A DNA stretch of 64,000 bases from Pirellulales bacterium (GTDB lineage Bacteria; Planctomycetota; Planctomycetia; Pirellulales; JAICIG01). Shown piece after piece: positions 1 through 8,590 of the stretch; the stretch's first letter is position 1, and each line of letters begins with the position of its first letter. Location: the NCBI GenBank assembly GCA_040901675.1, contig JBBDYJ010000031.1, forward strand, positions 57,220 to 121,219. Reading direction: 5' to 3'. The translations under genes and the position numbers were made by a program. Below the pieces are notes generated by a model, which saw only the letters and a program-made list of their open reading frames with translations, ran no database searches and had not been told where the DNA came from.

Positions 1-62
1 CGCGCGGGCCGCTTTTTGGCCTTTGCCGTCTGGTTTCAATGAGCGGCCGAGTTTGGAGGGAT

Positions 63-929
63 CTAAAGCAAAAGCTCGGGCCGCTCCAGGCACTCCACGA
101 TCCGACTGAGAAAGGCCGCGGCGGGACCGCCGTCGAGCACGCGATGGTCGACCGAAAGCGTGAGGCGCAACGTCGGCCGGACGGTGAGCTGGTTGCTCAA
201 GACAAACGGGCGGGCCGCGATCGATCCCGTGGCCAACATCGTGCTCTGCGGAGGCATCAGCACGGCGGCGAACTCGTCGACGCGGCCCGGGCCGAGGTTG
301 GTGAGACTGCTGGCGCCGCCGCCCATGGCCGCGGCCGGCAGCCGGCCGGCGCGGGCGGCAGAGACCAGTTCAGACCGCTTTCTGGCCAACTGGTCCAAGG
401 GCAGTTGATCGGCCTGGCGGATCATGCCGACCAGCAGACCGTCGTCCAGGGCCACTACGAGTCCCACGTCGACCGAGGGCATCTGAACCACGGCGTCGTT
501 ATGCCAGACGCGGTTGGCCCGCGGACAATCGCGCAGGCCGCGGGCCTGCGCGCGCAAGATGAGGTCGGTCAAGGTGAGCCGCACGCCGGCTTGCTCCTGG
601 ATCGGCCCGATCAGCCGCTGGCGCAAGGCGATGAGCAGACTCATGTCGGCCTCGGCCCGCAGATAGAAGTGCGGCGCGGTGGCAAAGCTCTCGCTGGTGC
701 GGCGGGCGATGCCGCGGCGCATGGAAGGGGCGGCGCCTGCTTGACCGACTGCCGCCAGCACGTCGGCTTCCACAATCCGCCCGCCGGGGCCGGAGCCGCG
801 GACTCGACGCGGATCCAGCGCATGTTGCCGCATCGCCCGCCGGGCCCGCGGCGAGGCGACCACTCGGTCCGCGCGAGCGGCAGTGGCCCGGTTCTCGACC
901 TCGGTGCTAGCGAAATGGCTGAGCGACAT
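63..929 (-). CDS. 2-oxoacid dehydrogenase E2 (dihydrolipoamide acyltransferase) lacking a lipoyl domain
   Basis: Peripheral-subunit-binding motif ASPRARR..GSGPGGRIVEADV, then catalytic domain with LTNLG and DHRVLDG. Likely start is ATG 929 (MSLSHF) inside ORF 63..1061. Confidence 0.9.
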   Translation of the reverse strand: MSLSHFASTEVENRATAARADRVVASPRARRAMRQHALDPRRVRGSGPGGRIVEADVLAAVGQAGAAPSMRRGIARRTSESFATAPHFYLRAEADMSLLIALRQRLIGPIQEQAGVRLTLTDLILRAQARGLRDCPRANRVWHNDAVVQMPSVDVGLVVALDDGLLVGMIRQADQLPLDQLARKRSELVSAARAGRLPAAAMGGGASSLTNLGPGRVDEFAAVLMPPQSTMLATGSIAARPFVLSNQLTVRPTLRLTLSVDHRVLDGGPAAAFLSRIVECLERPELLL

Positions 930-960
930 GGAGTCTCGTCTTGTCTTGTCGAAGCAACTT

Positions 961-3363
961 CTAGCTGGGTCGGATCGTGCCGATTTGCTGGCCCAAGAGC
1001 ACCACCGATCCCTCGCCGGCCAGGATCTCGACCAGCGTGCCGTCCAGCGGCGCCTCGACACTGAACGTGGCCTTGTCGGTCTCGACGTCGACGACTCCTT
1101 CGCCGGCTGCCACGCTCTGGCCCACCTGCTTCAACCAGCCGACAATCGTGCCCTCGGTAATCGTCAGGTCCTGGTTGGGCATGATCAGCGGGACGCCGTC
1201 GGCCGTCGACTGCTTGGCGCCGCCCGGCTCGCGAGCTTTTTCTGCCGGCTGATCGGCCTTGCCCGCGGGCGCCGCGGCACCAGGCCGCGGCGGTGCCTGC
1301 GACCCTCGCAGACGCCTGGGCAGCGGCGGGCGGCCGGCGATGACGTCCTGGACGGCGGCCATGATCTTTTCCACCGTGACGATCACCTCGTTCTCGTGTG
1401 CAGGGCTGAAGGGCTGGGCCACGGGGTCGGTGTGCAGGCGGCCCACCGGCGCGTCGAGCTCGTCGAAGGCCTGTTCCATGATCGTGGCGGCAATCTCGGC
1501 CCCCAAGCCGCACATGGAAAAGGCCTCGTCCACCACCAGCAGCCGTCCGGTCTTGGCCAGACTGGCGATGATGGTGCCGGTGTCCAAAGGCACGATCGTG
1601 CGCAGATCGATTACTTCGCAGGAGATGTTCTGAGCGTCGAGCCGCTCGGCGGCCTCCAGGCAGCGCGCTACCAAGGCGCCGCAGGAGACCAAGGTGATCT
1701 GGGTCCCCTCGCGGGCGACCCGGGCCTGGCCGAAAGGCACCAGATGCTCGCCGGCGGGTACCGGGCCCTTGCTGGAAAACAGGGCCTTGGGTTCCATGAA
1801 CAGCACGGGGTCCGACGCCCGCAGCGCCGTCTTGAACAAGCTTTTCGCATCGGCCGGGTTCGAAGGCACAACCACGATCAAGCCGGGACAGTGGGCCCAC
1901 ATCGGATAATAGGCGCCGCTGTGGTGGGGCCCAGTGCTCTTGACGGTGCCCATCGGCGCGCGGATGACCATTGGCACTCCGATCTGCCCGTTGCTCATGT
2001 AGCGCAGTTTGCCGGCCTGCTCGACGATCTGGCTGGCCGCCTCGAACATGAAATCGGCGAACATCACGTCGGCCACCGTGCGGCAACCGCTGGCCGAAGC
2101 GCCGATGGCCGCCCCGGTGAACCCCAGCTCGGCGATCGGCGTGTCGATCATTCGTTTGCCGCCGAACTCTTGCCACAGGCCCTTGGTGTGGGCGAAGCTG
2201 CCGCCGCGCTCGCCCGTCCCCTCTCCCAGGTAGATGATGTGTGGATCGCGGCGCATCTCTTCGGCAATGCCGTCGCGGACGGCCTCCAGCCAACCTTGCA
2301 CGGCGGTTTGGCCTTGCTTGTCGGGCGACGTCACTGGCAGGGGCGGGTGCAGCGGTTCGCCCCACACGTGATCGTTGGCGGCAGCCGGATCGGGATGCGG
2401 CGACGAGCGGGCGAATTCGACGGCGGCGAGCACGCGCTGTTCGACGCGGCCGGCAATGGCCCCCAGATCGCCCTCGCTGGCCCGGCCCGCTTCGAGCAAT
2501 CGACGCCGAAAGTTCTGGATGGGACAGCGGCCTTTCCACTCGTCCAGTTCCTCCTGCGTGCGGTACGTGCCGACCAGCGGATCGCCCTCATGGTGCCCCA
2601 CGGTGCGGTACGTCTTGGCTTCGATCAGCGTAGGGCCGCCACCCGAGCGGGCCCGTTCGATCGCCTGCCGGGCAACCTGGTACACGGCCAGCACGTCATT
2701 TCCATCGACGGCCACGCCGGGTATACCGTAGGACGCGGCCTTGGTCGCGACCTCGGTGTTGCGGGTGGCCAGCGACAGCGGCGTGGCGGTGGCGTACAGG
2801 TTGTTCTCGCAGACGAAGACGACCGGCGCATCCTGGGCCCCGGCGAAGTTGAGCGATTCGTGAAACGCGCCGTGGTTCACCGCCCCGTCGCCGAAGAATG
2901 CCACCGCCACCTGGTCCGTGCCGCGGCACCTGGCCGACAGCCCCAGGCCGACCGTGGCCGGAAGCCCGCCGCCGACGAAGCCGTTGGTTCCGAACAGGCC
3001 GTGCTGGGGTGCATAAAGGTGCATGCTGCCGCCCCGCCCGCCGCAACAGCCGCCGGCCCTGCCATAGAGCTCGGCCAGCACGGCCTCGGGCGGCACCCCC
3101 TTGGCCAGCGCGTGCCCGTGCCCGCGATGCGTGCTGGTAATCCAATCGTCCGGCCGCAGATGAGCGCAGACGCCGACGGCGGTGGCTTCCTCGCCCACGT
3201 AGAGGTGGATGAAGCCGGGCATCTCGCCTTTCTTGTAGACTTCCTGCGCCTTGAGCTCGAAGCGGCGGATGAGCAGCATCTGCTCGTACAGCCGCAGGAG
3301 TTCGGAGCTGTCCAGCTCCAGCGGCTCGGCCTCGATGCTGCTCGGTCGCTCAGTCGTGCTCAT
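961..3363 (-). CDS. Fused TPP-dependent dehydrogenase E1 alpha + E1 beta + C-terminal lipoyl domain (PDH/acetoin dehydrogenase family)
   Basis: GFIHLYVGEEA, STHRGHGH and GDGAVN (TPP binding) for alpha; DTPIAELGF and GPHHS for beta; lipoyl domain with ETDKA. Start taken at MSTTER. Confidence 0.92.
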   Translation of the reverse strand: MSTTERPSSIEAEPLELDSSELLRLYEQMLLIRRFELKAQEVYKKGEMPGFIHLYVGEEATAVGVCAHLRPDDWITSTHRGHGHALAKGVPPEAVLAELYGRAGGCCGGRGGSMHLYAPQHGLFGTNGFVGGGLPATVGLGLSARCRGTDQVAVAFFGDGAVNHGAFHESLNFAGAQDAPVVFVCENNLYATATPLSLATRNTEVATKAASYGIPGVAVDGNDVLAVYQVARQAIERARSGGGPTLIEAKTYRTVGHHEGDPLVGTYRTQEELDEWKGRCPIQNFRRRLLEAGRASEGDLGAIAGRVEQRVLAAVEFARSSPHPDPAAANDHVWGEPLHPPLPVTSPDKQGQTAVQGWLEAVRDGIAEEMRRDPHIIYLGEGTGERGGSFAHTKGLWQEFGGKRMIDTPIAELGFTGAAIGASASGCRTVADVMFADFMFEAASQIVEQAGKLRYMSNGQIGVPMVIRAPMGTVKSTGPHHSGAYYPMWAHCPGLIVVVPSNPADAKSLFKTALRASDPVLFMEPKALFSSKGPVPAGEHLVPFGQARVAREGTQITLVSCGALVARCLEAAERLDAQNISCEVIDLRTIVPLDTGTIIASLAKTGRLLVVDEAFSMCGLGAEIAATIMEQAFDELDAPVGRLHTDPVAQPFSPAHENEVIVTVEKIMAAVQDVIAGRPPLPRRLRGSQAPPRPGAAAPAGKADQPAEKAREPGGAKQSTADGVPLIMPNQDLTITEGTIVGWLKQVGQSVAAGEGVVDVETDKATFSVEAPLDGTLVEILAGEGSVVLLGQQIGTIRPS

Positions 3364-3370
3364 CTTGTGC

Positions 3371-4642
3371 TCAATCCTGCCAGAACGTCGATTCACGTGG
3401 AGCCTGGTAGCGAATGGCCAGGTGGGGCGTCTCGATGCGGGCCTGGCCGCCGGCGAGCGACTGCATGCCGGCAGCCACCAGGCCGGTCGTCAGCAGCGTG
3501 CGCTCGACCGGGTAGGGCGGCTTGCCGGTTTCGAACATCTCCTCGACGTTCGCCATCAGGGCCGCCGAGTACACGACGTTGGGGTTGGGCGGCAGATAGA
3601 AGAGCGTGGAAAGCGGCTCGGAGCGGCCCTGCAGCCGGGCCGCGAACGTGAAATCGCCGACCAGGCCGTTCATCAACAGCATGGTCGCCTTCAGGCCGTC
3701 GGCATACTCGAAACGGTAGGCGACCGGCTCCTTGACCCACTGCCGAATCTGCTCGACGGTTGGATAGCGATGGCTGAACGTTTCCGGTTGTGCCAGCGTT
3801 TGGCTGCGCGACAGGCATGCTTCAAACAGGCGGGGATCCCAGCCCCCCTGCTGCCACGACGGGGCCGCCATGGCCTTCCAGACCGGCTCGCCTCGCAGCG
3901 CCTGCAGGGCCATCACGCCCGTTTCACCCCCGCGCCGCCGCTCCGCCATGCACTGGATCACTTCCAGCGCGTGGAAGTCGTAGCTGTCGACGCCGCCCAT
4001 GGCCACGCACAATACCTCCTCCACGCCGCTTCCGTAGGGCATGTCGATCGCCGGCATCCGCCAGGTGACAGGAAGCGACGAACCGGCCAGAACGGGGAAG
4101 CCCAGCGAGCGGGCCGTATCGACCATTTCGCTGGCCCACTGCCACTTCCAGGAAAGATGCTTGTCGTTAAACACCGGCGCTGTCCGCCCATCCCGGCGAA
4201 AGACCTCGGCCACCTGCTGGAAAAACTCGTAGCGCGGGTAGAGCTTCTGCCCCAGCTCGTTGGTCGGATAATCGCCGTGCTCGCCGATGATCAGCACGGC
4301 ATCGACCGCCAGTTGCCCTGAGCCGTTCCGGAGCGCTTCGGCGATGGTCGGATAGATCGTGAAGCCGAACTCGCCGGCTCGCTGCCGGCTCAGGTCGTTT
4401 TCGGGCGTTTGATCGACGTAGGCCGATACCACGTCGAATGCCGGCCGGTGCCATCGTCCCCCAACGGGATAACCGACCAGGAAGCGTTCGGCTATGTGCC
4501 AGGCATGGGAGAAGTACCGCCACTCGGTGGTCACGACGGCCATCTTCTTCCGAGCCTTGTCACCCGCGGGGGCCGCCGAGACGAGCGGAGCCGCGGCGAG
4601 GCCCGCGCCGACGGCGGCCAGAAACTCGCGTCTTTTCAGCAT
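3371..4642 (-). CDS. Tat-exported conserved hypothetical protein, possibly Gfo/Idh/MocA-like oxidoreductase fold
   Basis: Twin-arginine signal MLKRREFLAAVGAGLAA; AVDAVLIIGEHGDYP, FNDKHLS and AGSSLP motifs; ends 7 bp before E1. Confidence 0.7.
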   Translation of the reverse strand: MLKRREFLAAVGAGLAAAPLVSAAPAGDKARKKMAVVTTEWRYFSHAWHIAERFLVGYPVGGRWHRPAFDVVSAYVDQTPENDLSRQRAGEFGFTIYPTIAEALRNGSGQLAVDAVLIIGEHGDYPTNELGQKLYPRYEFFQQVAEVFRRDGRTAPVFNDKHLSWKWQWASEMVDTARSLGFPVLAGSSLPVTWRMPAIDMPYGSGVEEVLCVAMGGVDSYDFHALEVIQCMAERRRGGETGVMALQALRGEPVWKAMAAPSWQQGGWDPRLFEACLSRSQTLAQPETFSHRYPTVEQIRQWVKEPVAYRFEYADGLKATMLLMNGLVGDFTFAARLQGRSEPLSTLFYLPPNPNVVYSAALMANVEEMFETGKPPYPVERTLLTTGLVAAGMQSLAGGQARIETPHLAIRYQAPRESTFWQD

Positions 4643-4742
4643 GGGATCCTCAAGATAGGCCAGTGGCTTGCAGGGACGTACGGACCGCCGCTTCGGGATC
4701 GCTGCCCGGACGTCCCGGCGAATACGCGAGTATAGACGTCGG

Positions 4743-6623
4743 TCAGGCCAAATTCCACACGGCGGCCTGCAGGCCGGGCGCGGCGAGTGGCTCGGCGCGG
4801 CGGACGCAACGGGCCGGAAAAGTGACCACGAACTCGCTTCCGCAGCCGGGCATGCTGCGGCACTGAATCGTGCCACCCAGGCTGGTGATGATGGTGTAGC
4901 TGATGGTCAGGCCCAGGCCGGTCCCCTGGCCCGGAGGCTTGGTCGTGAAGAATGGATCGAACATGCGGGACTGGGCTTCGTCGGTAATCCCCTTGCCGCT
5001 GTCCTGGATGCTTACGCTGACCCAGCCTTCGTGCTGCTCGGTGGTGACCGTGATGTCGCCTTCCCCCTCAATCGCCTGTTGGGCGTTGTTGAGAATGTTC
5101 ATGAAGACCTGGCTCAACTGGCCATAAGGGCCATGGATCCGCTCCACCGATCCGTAATCCCGCTGGATGGCAATGCGGTGCTTGACCTCGCTGAAGAGCA
5201 GGTTCAGGCAGACCTCCAGCGCCTCGTGCAGGTCGAACTCGTCGAACTCCTCGTTGCCCGGGTGGCAAAAGCTGCGCAGGTCGCTGATGATCCGAGCGGT
5301 GCGCGCCGCCCCGTTTTCGACGACGCCGGACAGCACCGAAAGCCTTTCCACCAGCTTGTCGATCTCGCGGGGGTCGGTGCCGGCGGGACTTGGCTCCTGA
5401 CCGCGCACAACCGGCTGCAGGATCTCTTGCAGCCGCCGGGCGCTTTGCGAGAGGGGCTTGACGCCGTTGTACACGGCATTGACCGAATTGTTCATCTCGT
5501 GGGCCAGGCCCGCCACCAACTGGCCGAGCGAGCTCATCTTTTCCGCCTGGATCAGTTGCGTCTGGGTCGCTTTCAAATCGCCGTAGGCCGACTCCAGCTC
5601 GCGATTGCGCTTGTCCAGATCGCGCCGACTCTTGTCCAGTTCCAAAGTACGCTCCTGGACCTTGGCTTCCAGGTTGGCATTCAAGTCGCGGATGGTGTAA
5701 TCGCTATGGGAAAGTTGCGCGACCATGGCGTTAAACTGCCGCGCCAACACGTCGATCTCGTCGTTGCCGGTCGACTCGACGCGCTCGTCCAGGTTTCCTT
5801 GCGCCACCCGCTTCATGCCCTGCACCAGCCGTCCCACGCGCGAAGCCACCGATTGAGCCAGCACCGTCGAGAAGGCCAGGCCGGCGCCCACCGCCACCAG
5901 CGAAATGTAACCGGTATGGATCCGCAGCCGGGTCAGCGCCTGCAGGTGGATTTCCGGGCGATGGATAATATTCGACGCCTGTTGCGCGGCCTGCGCGCCG
6001 ATCATGACGGCGGTGGTCGTGATGATCAGGCCGAAACACACGTTCAGCCGCACGCGCAGCTTGCTGGGCGGCAGCGCGTCGAACTCGATCCGCACCTGGT
6101 GCCGCAGCAGGTGCCGGATGACCGGTTGCATCGAACGCTCCACGACAAAGAACGTGCAGAGCACCGACATGGTAATACCCAACAGCGCGGCGACGGTGAT
6201 GTGGATCAGCCCGTATGGCTCGACTCCCGCCACTTTCCACATAAACAGCGTACACAGCGGGATCGTGCACAGCGGAATGACGACCGCCTCCAGCATGTGG
6301 TGTCGGCTGGCGAACAACACCGCCTGCCGGCTGGCGCGATGCGCCTCCACCAGCGGGATCGGCTGCCCGCGCTCAATCCGCGACAGCACCCGCCGGAGCG
6401 TTCCGGTCTCCCACAGCCCCATCAAGATGGTGGCCAGGACCGCCAGCGCCACCACAAAGGCGGCGATCACCCGGAAGTCGTCGCGCGCCTTGGGTTCGAG
6501 ATCCAGCGTGAGGTGCACGTAGTACACTACCAGGACGCCGCCCACGGAGCCGACCAGCCGCGTGAGCAGCAGAACCCACAGGATGTAGCGGGCGCCGAAT
6601 CGCTGAAGTAGTTGATCGCCCAT
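4743..6623 (-). CDS. Membrane sensor histidine kinase (multi-TM, HAMP, HisKA, HATPase)
   Basis: [20 protein letters not shown]-box, [11 protein letters not shown]-box, [43 protein letters not shown]. Confidence 0.95.
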   Translation of the reverse strand: MGDQLLQRFGARYILWVLLLTRLVGSVGGVLVVYYVHLTLDLEPKARDDFRVIAAFVVALAVLATILMGLWETGTLRRVLSRIERGQPIPLVEAHRASRQAVLFASRHHMLEAVVIPLCTIPLCTLFMWKVAGVEPYGLIHITVAALLGITMSVLCTFFVVERSMQPVIRHLLRHQVRIEFDALPPSKLRVRLNVCFGLIITTTAVMIGAQAAQQASNIIHRPEIHLQALTRLRIHTGYISLVAVGAGLAFSTVLAQSVASRVGRLVQGMKRVAQGNLDERVESTGNDEIDVLARQFNAMVAQLSHSDYTIRDLNANLEAKVQERTLELDKSRRDLDKRNRELESAYGDLKATQTQLIQAEKMSSLGQLVAGLAHEMNNSVNAVYNGVKPLSQSARRLQEILQPVVRGQEPSPAGTDPREIDKLVERLSVLSGVVENGAARTARIISDLRSFCHPGNEEFDEFDLHEALEVCLNLLFSEVKHRIAIQRDYGSVERIHGPYGQLSQVFMNILNNAQQAIEGEGDITVTTEQHEGWVSVSIQDSGKGITDEAQSRMFDPFFTTKPPGQGTGLGLTISYTIITSLGGTIQCRSMPGCGSEFVVTFPARCVRRAEPLAAPGLQAAVWNLA

Positions 6624-6876
6624 CGGCAGACGACGCAAGGCCCTGGTGTATTGCCATCGAGCCTCCCTGCCCAGACTACTGGTACGTTGCCTTCTACGTT
6701 ATCGACACAATCGGACGCCCGCGGCCAGCCGCAGGCGGCTGAGCGGTCTGAACCGGCTGGAAGGCCAGCCGCAATCAGCCGTCCGGCAGGCTGTAACGAG
6801 GATGACATCTATGACGCTAGAGCACGCCCCGGGCACCCCGCCCCGCTGGGAGCGGGGTGCCGTGAGGCAGGCCGGA

Positions 6877-7239
6877 TCACGAAGCTTTTCGGCACGATGG
6901 GTCGGACGAACACACCGTGCCCCAGGCGCGTGCAGGCAGCGTTTCCTTCGTGCGATCGACCGCGCGAGACCTGAGCTTCGCCACGATCGAGCCGCAGAGG
7001 CGCCGAGCCAGTCTGCTCAAGCGGGCATCGTCGTCCGCCCCCCCGCCGCCTGGCTGCCGCGGAATTCCCGCCGCCACGTACCGCGACAGGCGGGAGCGAC
7101 CATCGCTCGAGCGGGCCGTGCGACGCAGCACGACCGCCAGCAGCGGCGCCAGTTCCTCGGTGAACTGCTCCGCCGCCTGCACGTCGCCGCTGGAAACACG
7201 ATTACAGAGTTCCTGAATCGCCGAATCGGCGTCATTCAT
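6877..7239 (-). CDS. Small hypothetical protein with ECF-sigma-like N-terminus
   Basis: ELCNRVSSGDVQAAEQFTEELAPLL resembles the start of planctomycete ECF sigma factors; no region 4 recognisable. Confidence 0.5.
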   Translation of the reverse strand: MNDADSAIQELCNRVSSGDVQAAEQFTEELAPLLAVVLRRTARSSDGRSRLSRYVAAGIPRQPGGGGADDDARLSRLARRLCGSIVAKLRSRAVDRTKETLPARAWGTVCSSDPSCRKAS

Positions 7240-7278
7240 GGTTCGCCTTTCAGTTGAAGTGTCGTTGGAAGGTGAGCT

Positions 7279-8154
7279 TCAGATGTTGTCCACCCAGTCA
7301 CTCTTGATGTTCGAGTCCAAGCCCCACCAATCGGTGGTTTGGGCGGTCACCTCACCCTGAGCTCCCGGTTGCATTTGCACCATGATGTAGAAGTAGCCGC
7401 TGGCATTGACCGTTGCGGTGTGACCCGCCAGCAGTCCGCCAAAGGTGACGACCAGGCCTTCACGCCATTCGTCCGAAACGTGCCCCTCGAACTTCCAGAA
7501 GCCGTCCAGATCAGCCGAGGCATTGAAATAGGTGATCGTCGGAGCATTGCTGATAACGTTCTCATTGACCGGACTCGACGAAAGCCCCCACACATCCGTG
7601 GTGGTAGCGGTGATGGTCCCCAGCCCGCTCGCCTGGGTGGTATAGGTAAATTCGCCACCGGAATTGGCGACCGCGGAACCGGAAACCACCCCCGTGAATG
7701 TCACCGTCAGGCCGCCCGGCGCTTCGTCGAAGATCCAACCGGTAATCGTGACCATGCGGTCCGGTCCCGATTCCTGCACCGTGAAGCCGAGCCACGGCGC
7801 GTTGCTCCGCACGGCCGCGTCCCGGTAGGAGGCACCTTCCGAGTCCGAGGCCGTTGCAGTCACCGTCCCCAGGCTAGTGGCCGTCCCGACATACGAAAAC
7901 GAGCCGCTGGAGTTAACGGTCGTGGATCCAGTCATGACTCCAGTGAAATTGACCGTCACGCCCAGCGGAAAGTCGTCCGCCACCATGCCCCCCAGGTTCA
8001 CGGTCTTGCCGGGACCGTGGGCATACGTGTCGAACGACGTGATCCACGGCATGGTCAGGCACAAGCGGTCCTCCAGCCTCTCGAAACGGCGAGGTGAGGA
8101 AGCAGGACGACGACGGGGGGCCGGACGGTTTTGCAGCCCAAGAAACTTGAACAT
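7279..8154 (-). CDS. Planctomycete extracellular (LEPR-XLL-type) protein with three tandem beta-rich repeats
   Basis: RRFERLEDRLCLT export-type motif; three repeats of G.V.D....G..V.F.G...G...N..G.F.......G.V.A...D..G..S. Confidence 0.8.
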   Translation of the reverse strand: MFKFLGLQNRPAPRRRPASSPRRFERLEDRLCLTMPWITSFDTYAHGPGKTVNLGGMVADDFPLGVTVNFTGVMTGSTTVNSSGSFSYVGTATSLGTVTATASDSEGASYRDAAVRSNAPWLGFTVQESGPDRMVTITGWIFDEAPGGLTVTFTGVVSGSAVANSGGEFTYTTQASGLGTITATTTDVWGLSSSPVNENVISNAPTITYFNASADLDGFWKFEGHVSDEWREGLVVTFGGLLAGHTATVNASGYFYIMVQMQPGAQGEVTAQTTDWWGLDSNIKSDWVDNI

Positions 8155-8362
8155 AGCAGGATCCTCCACAAACAAACTGGGAAATAAACAGGGTGGACAA
8201 CTCCAAGGGTGCAACCCAGGCCGCGCGTAATCCGTGTGCTATTCCATGCTTTACAGCGACGATCCGGTCATGGCCGGAGCAGTCCACCGACAACTCAGCG
8301 GCCGTTCGTTACGTACGCCGCCGCCTTAGTAGTCGAGATTCGCCCGAAAAACCTGACATGAA

Positions 8363-8382
8363 TTCCTGAAAGAATTCAGGAA
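8363..8382. promoter_or_regulatory. Inverted repeat TTCCTGAA-N4-TTCAGGAA, putative operator
   Basis: Perfect 8-bp inverted repeat in an AT-rich patch upstream of the LEPR-XLL gene. Confidence 0.4.
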
Positions 8383-8590
8383 ATCTTTGCTCCCTCATTC
8401 AGACCCTAGCACGCCAGAGGGGGTGAAGGCGGCCTAAGTCCAGAGGTGGCCATGAATTGCAAGCCTTGGGCGCCGCCGGGAGGGTCGTGCCGGTCAGGCG
8501 AGTCGCGATTGACACCGACAGGGATTTGCCGCGTCGGGGTGGCGCCTGTTTTGGACCCCCTGACTCCCACTGCCGGGGGGGTTGGTGGGG

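Noticed and set aside
883..3651. Long antisense/alternate-frame ORFs (e.g. 883..3651+, 4668..6611+, 8582..10561+, 24714..27614-, 58956..60998+)
   Set aside because: Shadow ORFs of well-supported genes, expected at high GC; no recognisable motifs.
8405..8590. c-di-GMP-I riboswitch in the glgB downstream intergenic region
   Set aside because: A GGCAAA is present but the paired GACGCAAAGC and P2 tetraloop/receptor are not.
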